Below the pieces are notes generated by a model. That model saw nothing but the letters and a program-made list of their open reading frames with translations. It did no database searches and had not been told where the DNA came from. The position numbers and the translations under genes were made by a program. Shown in pieces: positions 9,160 through 19,018 of a DNA stretch of 64,000 nt. Location of the stretch: the UHGV virus genome UHGV-0084588, one strand, 5' to 3'. Origin of the DNA: a virus. Each line of letters begins with the position of its first letter. The first letter of the stretch is position 1.

Positions 9160-10494
9160 ATGGGATATTGGCAAAATCACATTGCATCAGTTGCGGATGC
9201 AAAGGTTGTAGCCGCAGAATCGATTAAATTCCAAGACAAAAAGAAGCTGGCAGAATTGGCTGATGTTATTGCTAAGTTTCGTGGGGCAGGCGATTTCAGT
9301 CCTGCGGGCTACGAAAGTGCCGGGGTTTCGGATTGGGTATTTAAGAATATCGGCATTACGATTCACTTTAAGAACGGTGGCGAACTGGGTCTTGCTGACG
9401 TTGCTTTTGCAGGTGTAGAACCACCGAAATTGGATGCAAACAGCCCAATCATCGCATCGATGACTCGTGCACTGTACGCAGGTAACAAAGACCTGGATAT
9501 GTACAGTAAGTTCATCAAAGAAAACGAGTTAAACACAACAATCGATGACAGCAGTGCAAAAATCAGTGGTGACCTGAGCAAAGTGGGTTCTCCGCTTTAC
9601 CTTACCCCGGTGCTGCTGGAAAAACTAAACTTGACCGATTTGGAGATCGCTTCGGTGATTCTTCACGAGGTGGGTCACATCTACTATTATTTCCGTACGC
9701 TGATGCGCACTGTAGTGACTGATTTGCTGGCAGATGCTGCGGCTAACCGCATTATGGAAACGGAAGACCAAACTGTCCGCCTGCGTATCGTTAAAGACGT
9801 GGAAAAGATGCTGAACACGAAAGTGAATCAGCCGGAAACGATTTGTACTGAGTACAAAAAAGAAAACGTCTATATGCACTTAGTCACACAGCTGTTATTA
9901 GATCGTCCGTACATTAGCGGCAGTCAAGGTTTTGCTAACAGGACATGGGAACGTGCTGCGGATGATTTTGCTTCCCGCTTTGGCGGCGCTCCTTATCTGG
10001 CCTCGGCACTGTATAAAATGGAAACCAGCCCGTTCTATTTGCTGCGGAACTCAGCGTATATGAACATGGGTGTCCATTTGACACTAGAGCTTTTCCGCGT
10101 GACCGCACTGATAGTTTCTTCTACGATTCCAATTATTCCAGTGATCTCTGTGACATTCGGAATGATCTTAAATGACCCGGATAACACCATTTACGATCCG
10201 CCGCAGCAGCGTTTTGAGGCGATGCGTCGTACACTCGTTGAAGAACTCAATACGATTAAAGACAAGAATACGAAAGCTGCTAACGAACAACGTAAACGTA
10301 TTCTGGATGGTATTGCGGTTATCGACAAGTTGTTAGAAACGGTAAAAGACAAAGATAATCTGTATCAGTTTATCTGGAATACCTTGACGCCGAAGGGTCG
10401 TCGTTCACGTGCTGCTGTGGACTATCAGCGTGCAATCGGGAAGTACATGTCGAATGACCTTCGTATTGCTTCAGCCATGTTTAATGTCGAATAA
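9160..10494 (+). CDS. putative membrane-associated zinc metallopeptidase (HExxH)
   Basis: HEVGH motif (SVILHEVGHIYY) plus hydrophobic segment VTALIVSSTIPIIPVISVTFGMIL; ATG 9160 with AAAGGAAA SD. Confidence 0.5.
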   Translation: MGYWQNHIASVADAKVVAAESIKFQDKKKLAELADVIAKFRGAGDFSPAGYESAGVSDWVFKNIGITIHFKNGGELGLADVAFAGVEPPKLDANSPIIASMTRALYAGNKDLDMYSKFIKENELNTTIDDSSAKISGDLSKVGSPLYLTPVLLEKLNLTDLEIASVILHEVGHIYYYFRTLMRTVVTDLLADAAANRIMETEDQTVRLRIVKDVEKMLNTKVNQPETICTEYKKENVYMHLVTQLLLDRPYISGSQGFANRTWERAADDFASRFGGAPYLASALYKMETSPFYLLRNSAYMNMGVHLTLELFRVTALIVSSTIPIIPVISVTFGMILNDPDNTIYDPPQQRFEAMRRTLVEELNTIKDKNTKAANEQRKRILDGIAVIDKLLETVKDKDNLYQFIWNTLTPKGRRSRAAVDYQRAIGKYMSNDLRIASAMFNVE

Positions 10495-10508
10495 GTAAAG
10501 GTAAAATC

Positions 10509-10952
10509 ATGACGCATAAAGTTTCTTTAAACTCCTTAGTTCTGGACTTTAAACGTACGAACGAGGGTAAGGGAGTACAGGCACAGCGTGCTCTGACTGG
10601 CCTGGTTGCATTCACACTGGCGTATAACGCCGATATGCCCGATAATGGACCGCTGGGAGCGAATGAGGTAGCACAACTTAAACTTCGTCCGCTGATGAAA
10701 AACGTTGTGTCCGATGTGAATGAACTCTATTGTGTCGACCTGGGCAGCATCGAAGATTTGACCGTTGGGCTATTCTGCAACCGTTACGACAGTGCTTGGG
10801 GCGGTCGTCGCGCTATTGAGAATTTCTCTGTTCGTGAGATTTTCAATGAAGCGCTGGGCGATGATGTATGGGATACCGTTAACCTGTGGCTGGAACGCTT
10901 CATGGAAACGGTGAAATTCTATATGGATGAAACGCGAGGCAAACTGGTATGA
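10509..10952 (+). CDS. hypothetical protein
   Basis: 147-aa ORF, AAAGG SD, tightly packed with neighbours. Confidence 0.6.
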   Translation: MTHKVSLNSLVLDFKRTNEGKGVQAQRALTGLVAFTLAYNADMPDNGPLGANEVAQLKLRPLMKNVVSDVNELYCVDLGSIEDLTVGLFCNRYDSAWGGRRAIENFSVREIFNEALGDDVWDTVNLWLERFMETVKFYMDETRGKLV

Positions 10953-12619
10953 GCATGGAGATGATGGCAAACATTGCGCAACCGCAGTGGAAACTCGATG
11001 AACTTCCTGCGTTATTAGAACAACGTATGGAAGAACGAATCGATTCTGTTAGCCAACTCAATCTCTACATGCAGCGTAATGAAGCAGACCTGATCTACGG
11101 TTCTCGTCTTATCGCACAGATTGAAGCGATTCTGCGTGAAATCCGTAAAGCAGGATTGAACCGTGATGTTGCTGTAGCGACTGAATCTTTGCGTCCTGGC
11201 ACGATCCCGAAGGCTGTACAAAGTGTACTGACGTCGAATTATTCCAAAACACACCAGAAAGAAACGGTGGTGGCGTTAGAGTCTTACGCTAATTTCGGTA
11301 AGATTAGCCTTATCGTGATGGTGATGATGGGGATAATGAAAATCCTCAGTTGGATTATCAGCAACGCTGTTCCTTTTGCGGGCGCTGCGAACATTGACGG
11401 GAACGACTATCGCGAGAAACTGGAAGAGAAGTTGGCCGATGTTCCTTTCACAGAGCGCTTGAAAACTACTGTACTGAAAGAAGTTTATCTGGTACTGTCA
11501 AAAGGTTTGAAAGACAGCGAGTTAAGCAACCTGGAGTTATCTCTTTCACTGGCCGACGATGTTTTCGTGAACATGGAAGCTGAAGAGTTTCTAAATAAAC
11601 TCGCCGCCGCGTTAGGGAAATCGCCGTTTATCGATACGTTTAAGAACCACCTTAAACGACGTCAGAATGAGCTGCAGGTTATTCAGGATCTGCTAGATAC
11701 GCTGCTACGGACGAACATCGGTTACGGTGTATTTGACTTCGGGGTTGCTGAGGAAGTCTATAATGGCTTGCCACCTGATGTGAAACGTGCTGGGGTGAAC
11801 ATTCCGTCAGATATTCAGTTCAACTTAATGAGCACGATTCTTGACAGTTTTGGCGGCGCGCTTCAGGACTTAGACCAGTCGCTGAAAGACATCAAAACTT
11901 ACTACCTGTCAAATAACCCGAAGGTAGGGACGTCGCAAGAGAACCAAGTTGCTGCGGTGCATCTGGTCCGTGCGTTAGGTGAGATCAACGGTCGAATCGA
12001 ATATTCTGCTACGGAGTTCGGTCGACAGAAAGGTAGCCCGGGCCCAATTTTGCGTGTGAAAGACAAGGTTGAGCTTCTCGGTTATACCACACGTGAATTA
12101 GACAACGGTTGGATGATTGCATCAATCGGCGCTAACTCTTTCTTTGGCTCCACAACAAACCTGGAGATGATGCGCCAGGAGTTGAGCTTAAGTAACGGCG
12201 ACTATCGTGAGCTGTTAGCATGTCTGATTACGCTGGCACGTAGTGGTATCTCGGACGGTGTGGCGAATACTGCGCTGGACAAGTATAAGGTGTTGGAAAA
12301 ACGTGTCGATCAGGTTGTAAAAACGCTGAAAGAGATGGCGCGTCAGTCACGTTCTGGTGTTGACACTGAGAAATGGCAGGCGATGGAACAGGCGTTTAAA
12401 GACCAGGTGACGCGAGGGGAAAATTTTAACCTTCACGGTCGTGAATTGACCACGATGATGGTGTTAAACCCTGACCGTAATGTCTGGGATTCTGTTGCGC
12501 ACAGTGCAAACATGATTAACATGTGGTGCAAGGCTGCAGGGTCTATGGCAACGGTGTTGAAACGCGCCAAGTCCAACCCACTTGTAAAAGGCGGGAAGTT
12601 CAATAAATTAGTTGATTAA
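10949..12619 (+). CDS. hypothetical protein with one predicted transmembrane segment
   Basis: 556-aa ORF; ATGA overlap with upstream stop; hydrophobic stretch ISLIVMVMMGIMKILSWIISNAVPFAGAA; terminator follows. Confidence 0.7.
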   Translation: MSMEMMANIAQPQWKLDELPALLEQRMEERIDSVSQLNLYMQRNEADLIYGSRLIAQIEAILREIRKAGLNRDVAVATESLRPGTIPKAVQSVLTSNYSKTHQKETVVALESYANFGKISLIVMVMMGIMKILSWIISNAVPFAGAANIDGNDYREKLEEKLADVPFTERLKTTVLKEVYLVLSKGLKDSELSNLELSLSLADDVFVNMEAEEFLNKLAAALGKSPFIDTFKNHLKRRQNELQVIQDLLDTLLRTNIGYGVFDFGVAEEVYNGLPPDVKRAGVNIPSDIQFNLMSTILDSFGGALQDLDQSLKDIKTYYLSNNPKVGTSQENQVAAVHLVRALGEINGRIEYSATEFGRQKGSPGPILRVKDKVELLGYTTRELDNGWMIASIGANSFFGSTTNLEMMRQELSLSNGDYRELLACLITLARSGISDGVANTALDKYKVLEKRVDQVVKTLKEMARQSRSGVDTEKWQAMEQAFKDQVTRGENFNLHGRELTTMMVLNPDRNVWDSVAHSANMINMWCKAAGSMATVLKRAKSNPLVKGGKFNKLVD

Positions 12620-12628
12620 AAAAGATTA

Positions 12629-12669
12629 CCCTACTCCTCCGGGAGTAGGGTAACTTTTATTATTTTTTC
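12629..12669. terminator. bidirectional terminator (repeat family A)
   Basis: Near-identical hairpin ccctactcc/gggagtaggg; A-run upstream and T-run downstream; between convergent genes. Confidence 0.75.
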
Positions 12670-15624
12670 TTAATCGGCGGTAGTATCGTGGCGGTTATAA
12701 ACAATAACGATATCGTCTTTAAGCCCGATGTCGCCGCTGGCCTCAATGTCCAGCTTTTTACCTATAGTTGCTCTTGATGCTTCTGAGACAACGGTAAAGA
12801 GACGCATGTCTTTATCTGGCCCCATAGCATCGAGTTCAACACCGATAATAGACGCATCGAGGGTTTCACTCAACGCATTACCGATTTCTGTTGCAGAGAT
12901 TGTTAGATGGCTACCCAAGTAATCGTTGATAACCTGAGAAGTTTTCTTACGAATCTGCGTTAAGAGCTCGGTGTTATTGCGGTTAGCAGCTGTTAGGTAA
13001 TAGCGTACTGTGAATTGGTTTTCCGCAGGGACAGGTGTTACTACCCCGTCCTCTGTACGAGCGTCGATATACCCCATTGTTGTAATCGGCACAAAGTAAC
13101 CTTCGGTGCGTTCTAACAACATAGGCTTCAAAGTCGGGAGTATTACCGTGACGTAGTTAACGATGTTTTCGATAACTTCATTCAGATACGATTTTGCAGA
13201 AGGTGTCGTCGCGAATTTATATCGCGCATCGAACACTGCCATCTCACTCCGGAATTTGATAGAACGTGACTTCGCAATTTTCGGATTACCAAACTCGTCT
13301 TTAACTAAGTCGCCTTCACGATGTAGGACGATCTGTTCTCCAGCTTCGTCGAGTTTAGGATCGCCTTTACGATGCTCGTACGTAATCTGAAGTGGTGGAG
13401 TGCGGCCTGCATCGTAAGTATAGATTGGTACACCATTCTCATCGCGTTTAACAACATCGATCTCCCACGTTGCCATCACGTCTTGTTCGTAATACTGGTA
13501 GTTAATGCTGTCAGTAACAGCACGCGCTTTACGCCAGTAGTACGTCATTGCCTTACCCAATTCGATTTTGAAAATTTCATGGGTAATACCAATCGCGTCA
13601 CGTGATGGGGCAGTGATTAACGCATCCATTTCCGCACGTTCGTAATTGCCAGGGTAGTAACCCGTGCAGCCGTAGAACAGGTTGAAATCTGTTGTCAGTG
13701 GTACAGGCGTTTCCGTTGGCGTGCTACTACTAATACGCGTATTCGTTAGTACCAATTCGTCATTACGGTCAACGTCCAGGTTGGTTTCCAGTAGGAACTC
13801 CCATACACGTTCGCTACCCTGCTTACCGACTAACGTACCGTTGATGTACGCTAAAGTATTGTCTGCGTTACGCGGACGGAACGATAGCTGCGCAAAAACT
13901 TGGTCGTCAGTCAGTGCTTGATAAGGTGCCTCCGACTTCGTTACGGTACGCAAAACATAACCGGCTTCGGTCTTTTCGATAGTGTAGTCAGCCGTTACCA
14001 CACTGAGTTCCGTACTTACGTTAGTAGCAATAAAGCGTTTGGAGTTTAACGTCGGTTTATCTAATTGATAAATACGAACGTCGATGGCTTTATTGTTGAT
14101 ATCCACAACGTAATGGAATGGCGTAAAGAGATAACGATTAGCGTTGGCCGCGTTAATCAAATCTTCTTTACGCATGGTTTTTGCTAAGACCGTCATTTCA
14201 GCATCAACCGTCAGGCTGGTGTCGGTGAATCGATAAAGCGTATCAGGAAGAATCGTCAAGCGATTACCGTTAACCTTTACCGTCGGCAGATTAACCAATT
14301 CATTCCAGGAGAAATAGAACGGTGCCGTGATTGTCCCGATGGGAGAACTGACATTGGGAATTGTCGAATCGAGCATCGGTGCCGTTAAGAAGTATGTACG
14401 GCTAGTAACATAGTCGTTTGGTTTCGACAACGTTAGGCCGTAATCGGAAACCGTTGCTTCTAATTGCTTCTCCGTAACAGGGAGTTTTCGTGCACCTACA
14501 GCGTTATTGACCACACGTGTACGCAAGTCTTCGAACGTGAGCTGGCTACGACCACCTGATAACATTTTACCCGCTTTTGCAGCCATCTGTTTGATGGAAA
14601 AACTCTTAATCGGGTTAACGTAGTTTTCGTCGTACTCACCGTTTAAATCACGCAATGTGAACGTGTACTCATCAGACGGATAAGCCGAGATATCGACACT
14701 CAAAGGCCCTAAGGTCGTGTAGATATCCATACGAATTTCGCCACTTACCAAATTCTTCGCCATGTAGATCGAAGGGATGGTACACCGTATAACACCGTCA
14801 CCGACCTGAATCAACGCCGTTGGGGTGTTGGGGTCGTAAACGTCACGACTGTGCGTATGTTGAATTTCAACCCACTTGTTATCGTTGGTTGATTTCATCC
14901 ACACCCTTACGTAGAAAAATTTGTTAGTGTAGTGGCGGGTCATGACAAAGGTATTTTTCCCCGCAACGGTGTCACTTTCGTTCTTCACCGCATACTGCAT
15001 GACGGGGATATGGATTGCCAGCAGTTGTGAAGCCGTGGTGTTAGACGATGTCAATTCCCAGTCCAGTGCATTCGTCGAGACAGGAGAAATAGGTGACTGT
15101 GTTTCGGTAATCCATAGAACCTGAAAAGCTGGGTTTTCATTGGTGCCGTAAGGAAGTACCCTGATTTCAATCGGGTATTGGATGGCGAAGGTGTAACCTG
15201 AAACCGTGAAAATTGTGTCTCGTGGGATAACAACCTTACGCACACCCGCTATTTGCAAAGGGTACGCCTTGGAGATTAAACTGTCAACATCGATTAATAA
15301 CAACAACTCGGTGGTCGAAGGTTGGGCGAACACATCAACATAGTCTACATCGGACATATGTCGGAACAGGTCATCGTACGTTTGCGCCATCGATGGAAAA
15401 GTCTTTGGTACCGATTCTTGCAAACCCATGAGCGTCGCATGACCTAACATTGTCCCCATTTCCGCCAAGTAAACAACAGGGTCTGTTGGGTCACGTAACA
15501 GTATTTGGCCTTCGGCGTCTTCTACATCCAGAAGCTGATTCAAGAGCAGTGTTTGCATCGCTGCCGGATGGTGGGCAAACAACAGTATGTTCTTTGCCAA
15601 AGTATCGTAAGTCGTAGAACTCAT
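12670..15624 (-). CDS. large hypothetical protein (984 aa), possibly virion structural
   Basis: Long uninterrupted ORF on minus strand; size typical of phage structural proteins; no catalytic motif recognised. Confidence 0.7.
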   Translation of the reverse strand: MSSTTYDTLAKNILLFAHHPAAMQTLLLNQLLDVEDAEGQILLRDPTDPVVYLAEMGTMLGHATLMGLQESVPKTFPSMAQTYDDLFRHMSDVDYVDVFAQPSTTELLLLIDVDSLISKAYPLQIAGVRKVVIPRDTIFTVSGYTFAIQYPIEIRVLPYGTNENPAFQVLWITETQSPISPVSTNALDWELTSSNTTASQLLAIHIPVMQYAVKNESDTVAGKNTFVMTRHYTNKFFYVRVWMKSTNDNKWVEIQHTHSRDVYDPNTPTALIQVGDGVIRCTIPSIYMAKNLVSGEIRMDIYTTLGPLSVDISAYPSDEYTFTLRDLNGEYDENYVNPIKSFSIKQMAAKAGKMLSGGRSQLTFEDLRTRVVNNAVGARKLPVTEKQLEATVSDYGLTLSKPNDYVTSRTYFLTAPMLDSTIPNVSSPIGTITAPFYFSWNELVNLPTVKVNGNRLTILPDTLYRFTDTSLTVDAEMTVLAKTMRKEDLINAANANRYLFTPFHYVVDINNKAIDVRIYQLDKPTLNSKRFIATNVSTELSVVTADYTIEKTEAGYVLRTVTKSEAPYQALTDDQVFAQLSFRPRNADNTLAYINGTLVGKQGSERVWEFLLETNLDVDRNDELVLTNTRISSSTPTETPVPLTTDFNLFYGCTGYYPGNYERAEMDALITAPSRDAIGITHEIFKIELGKAMTYYWRKARAVTDSINYQYYEQDVMATWEIDVVKRDENGVPIYTYDAGRTPPLQITYEHRKGDPKLDEAGEQIVLHREGDLVKDEFGNPKIAKSRSIKFRSEMAVFDARYKFATTPSAKSYLNEVIENIVNYVTVILPTLKPMLLERTEGYFVPITTMGYIDARTEDGVVTPVPAENQFTVRYYLTAANRNNTELLTQIRKKTSQVINDYLGSHLTISATEIGNALSETLDASIIGVELDAMGPDKDMRLFTVVSEASRATIGKKLDIEASGDIGLKDDIVIVYNRHDTTAD

Positions 15625-16922
15625 CAGTTATTACCCGTCGGTAGTGAAGCGGCATTAGCGTTATCTAGTAATCCCGCTTTCTTGAGAATATGTTGGTAGT
15701 CTGCTTGGTAAACATACCAGGTAAGTTTGCGTCGTACGGAATCGATGTGTGGATAACCGTAATAGTTGAATAACGGCAGTAGTTGTGGCGCGATGGGCAC
15801 TAATTGATCACTGGCAATCGGGATAAAGTTGCCCGACTGGATAGAACCAGGTTGCGGTAACATATCCGGATTAAAAATGGAGACGGTGCGGTTAAACATT
15901 TCCATGTATAACGGATCGTTAAACCGCGCACCGATAGCTTGCCAGTTAATAGTAATCGTAACGTCATCGTTTAACTGCGGTTTGGAGTTATCAACGTTCG
16001 CCATTTGACCCGCGTTATCGTTCATTGGCCACGCGACACAAATCGTCCAGAAACGGGTGATGTTTCCCAGAGCATCGTAACGCATCCCGTAAATTCGTGA
16101 CTGATAATCGATTCTGCGTTGAATGGAGTTGCGCATCTTCGGACGGAATTTACCCATCTTCACGCCAGACATATACTCTAGCCACACGCCCATCATTTTC
16201 ATTAACGGGTCACCATAAGGGTTGTTTAATGACATGCTGATGGAAAAGCTATTGTTAACTTCGTGGGTAGAGTCAACCATCCCCCATTGTTCACGCATTA
16301 AACCTTCACTTGCCATCCAGTTATCAATCGATTGATCGGGTGCACCACTAAGGCTGATCAGTTGCGTACTGAGTATTGGTATGAACGCTTGTAGATTATC
16401 GAATTTTACTTGAGGCATAAACGGCGTACCTAAGCGATTCTTTCGTCTACCGTTTTCCATAGGTGCGTCTGTAAACCCGAGTTCAAAATCAGGGTCAAGC
16501 GCAGCTAAAATCGAATAATCTATGGAGTCCTTTGGCTGCATTGCCATGTTCGACATTTTACGTGACTTAGCAATGTTGTCGTAGCACAGGTTAAAATCGG
16601 GCCGGGTAATAAAAGTTAGTCCACCATATTCTCGGTTGATTGGCGTGGGGTTAGACGCCATCATATGGTTGAACCCCATGTAGGGGTTGGTCAAACGCTG
16701 CGCAGCAAGACCCAAACCTACAGTAAGACGGATACGATCGTTCCATGCCGTAAGTTCAGTATTAGCGTCGTAAGGCGTCGGAGGGTTAGCATTACTAATC
16801 CGTCCGTCGAAATATCCTGCGACCGAAGGCACCGCGTCCGCGTTATTCGGATTGTGGAGAGAATCGTCGTAGTCAGTATTCGGGTCATACCCCGGATCGT
16901 TCTTATCTGTCTCGTCACTCAT
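15624..16922 (-). CDS. hypothetical protein (432 aa)
   Basis: ORF with GGAG SD 6 nt upstream on minus strand; start abuts divergent gene. Confidence 0.7.
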   Translation of the reverse strand: MSDETDKNDPGYDPNTDYDDSLHNPNNADAVPSVAGYFDGRISNANPPTPYDANTELTAWNDRIRLTVGLGLAAQRLTNPYMGFNHMMASNPTPINREYGGLTFITRPDFNLCYDNIAKSRKMSNMAMQPKDSIDYSILAALDPDFELGFTDAPMENGRRKNRLGTPFMPQVKFDNLQAFIPILSTQLISLSGAPDQSIDNWMASEGLMREQWGMVDSTHEVNNSFSISMSLNNPYGDPLMKMMGVWLEYMSGVKMGKFRPKMRNSIQRRIDYQSRIYGMRYDALGNITRFWTICVAWPMNDNAGQMANVDNSKPQLNDDVTITINWQAIGARFNDPLYMEMFNRTVSIFNPDMLPQPGSIQSGNFIPIASDQLVPIAPQLLPLFNYYGYPHIDSVRRKLTWYVYQADYQHILKKAGLLDNANAASLPTGNN

Positions 16923-16948
16923 CTTTAACTCCGGAGTTCATTAGGAAA

Positions 16949-18055
16949 ATGTTAGAAAAAACGTTTGAGACAAGCGTTGTCTCTTTCCTCTCCAGACTTC
17001 CCATGCTGTTTCGTTCGCGTGCGGAGTCGATGGAGGAATTTAACTCAGTGCTCTATAACGAGCACATTACCTTAGTCGAACAAAGCCTGCTGGGTTTAGA
17101 TTACCTTCCGGGAATTCTGGAGAAAATCCAAATTTTGCTGGCAGGAAACCAATTAACGGCTATCTCACTGTTAACCGGTGTACCGGATGTTGACATTATC
17201 GGTACCCTGGATCAGGTCAGCACACGTCGTAGTGCGCTTGATAACGCAGTCCGCACCGGTTCCCGCTTAGCAGCGCTTGCAGTCGGCGAATCTGCCCGTT
17301 ATGGTTTACCATCATACGATAAAATCGGCATTGCAGTCGGCGAATCTGCCCGACGGGTCGCCCAGGAATCAAAAGGTTCGGTCAGTGGCGGGAAAGGTGA
17401 TCCGATTAAACAGCTTTTCGATCAAGAAGGGTTGTCCAACGGGAAGATGTTCTCAGTAACATTCGAACGTGACGGTAATAAAGTCGAACTCCCAATGCGC
17501 CTACGTTTGGATGTGAAATCCTTACCGACCGAACAAATTGAAACGCTGATTGCGTTCAGTGACCAGACGAAAACATTCTGGGAACGCTGGCTGCGTGCAC
17601 GTGTTGGCGCGTTGAGTTACGTAAAAGACATCGCGTTCTGTAACGACCTGGTAGAAGAATATCGTAAGAACCGTTATCGCGATAAGTCCGGTTATTACCG
17701 TAAGATGATGGAGAAGAAGAACGGTAACTGGTTGTCTGGTTTGCTGTCTCTGGCACCGTCTATCAATAACGCTTCTTCCGTCATGGTGGTCTCTCAAGAC
17801 ACAATCGACGGCTTGACCGCACAGCTAGGTGGCGAATTCGACGATTTCAATATTCGTCAACGTGTATTCAAAGACACCCTGACTGTCTACTATGTTGTTG
17901 TGGACACCACCTGGAATCGTGTCACTATTTATACCCGTGGTCAGAATGGCTCTCAGGAACTCGATAAATCTGACTTTAGTAAATCGAAGTCTGGTAGCGC
18001 CGATGTGAATAAAATCATCGAAGCGTATCGCTCTGGCGCTCAGCCAGTTCTTTAA
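16949..18055 (+). CDS. hypothetical protein
   Basis: 368-aa ORF; contains internal 20-bp direct repeat encoding AVGESAR twice. Confidence 0.7.
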   Translation: MLEKTFETSVVSFLSRLPMLFRSRAESMEEFNSVLYNEHITLVEQSLLGLDYLPGILEKIQILLAGNQLTAISLLTGVPDVDIIGTLDQVSTRRSALDNAVRTGSRLAALAVGESARYGLPSYDKIGIAVGESARRVAQESKGSVSGGKGDPIKQLFDQEGLSNGKMFSVTFERDGNKVELPMRLRLDVKSLPTEQIETLIAFSDQTKTFWERWLRARVGALSYVKDIAFCNDLVEEYRKNRYRDKSGYYRKMMEKKNGNWLSGLLSLAPSINNASSVMVVSQDTIDGLTAQLGGEFDDFNIRQRVFKDTLTVYYVVVDTTWNRVTIYTRGQNGSQELDKSDFSKSKSGSADVNKIIEAYRSGAQPVL

Positions 18056-18065
18056 GGGGTAAGGC

Positions 18066-19001
18066 ATGGCAATCCCGAATATGCTCGCTATGTTGTTGCC
18101 GAGCTTTGAAGCAACAAACTTGAAAAACCAGCTCTCATCAAACTGTGATGCGATTGGTGAACAACTTTTACCGCGTTTCCAGTCTCTGCAAGAGCTGGTA
18201 GCGTCGAAAGAAGGCAAGCCGTTTAAATCGAAAACGGTGCAGGACATGTCGGATGATTTGGTTAAGTACCTGCGGAATTCCGGTCTGGAAGCCAAAGGTC
18301 TCCGTAATCCTTCGATGCTGGAATACATCGTTGCCTCGATGGAAAACACGCTACAATTGCGTTCTTTCTTAGACCAATGTATTACACGTGACATTGGTAA
18401 AGCGTTAGTCACGTCTTCAATGACGTTTAATAAATTAACGGTGCTCAGACTGCTTGACCTGATTGATTTCTTTACAGGCTACAGTGCCACCTTACTTAAC
18501 TACGTAACCGCAGAAGAAATAGCCGCCGTAGAAGGCTCGAATATTGAAGTAAAAGGCGTCGGTCCGAATGACCTTCAATACCTCAATACTCGTTCTATTT
18601 CTTACTGCATTGCTGTCCGTGTGCTGGCAACGCCGCTGAATAAACTGAAAGCGGATTATGCGGAAATTCCTGAAGCGATCTTTAACGACGAAACTTACGG
18701 TGAGTTGGCGCAACAGTTCGGTTCGAGCTCCGTTGACCCACTGGGAATGAGCAGTGTACCGTTCCCAATCTCACTGATACTGCGCGTACGTTTAAATATC
18801 GCTGAACGGCAGATGGATAAGTACGACGAGTGTGTAGAAGCGGCGAAAGCGGCGGAACTGCGTATCTTACTTTACAAAAAGCAAGTCGCAGAAGGTAAGG
18901 GTGATGCCCACATTGAGAAACTGATTGAAATCAGTGAAAAGCATCTGATGGAACTCAAGCACAAGCGTGAGCGTCTTGAAAAGAAATACGGTTTAGCGTA
19001 A
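18066..19001 (+). CDS. hypothetical protein
   Basis: 311-aa ORF 10 nt after upstream stop. Confidence 0.7.
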   Translation: MAIPNMLAMLLPSFEATNLKNQLSSNCDAIGEQLLPRFQSLQELVASKEGKPFKSKTVQDMSDDLVKYLRNSGLEAKGLRNPSMLEYIVASMENTLQLRSFLDQCITRDIGKALVTSSMTFNKLTVLRLLDLIDFFTGYSATLLNYVTAEEIAAVEGSNIEVKGVGPNDLQYLNTRSISYCIAVRVLATPLNKLKADYAEIPEAIFNDETYGELAQQFGSSSVDPLGMSSVPFPISLILRVRLNIAERQMDKYDECVEAAKAAELRILLYKKQVAEGKGDAHIEKLIEISEKHLMELKHKRERLEKKYGLA

Positions 19002-19018
19002 ACCGTTAGGAGAGGCGA

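Noticed and set aside
16665-16928. Short ORFs on both strands inside the 5-prime end of gene 15624-16922
   Set aside because: Fully contained in a longer, better-supported ORF; no SD; repetitive Arg/Val-rich translations.
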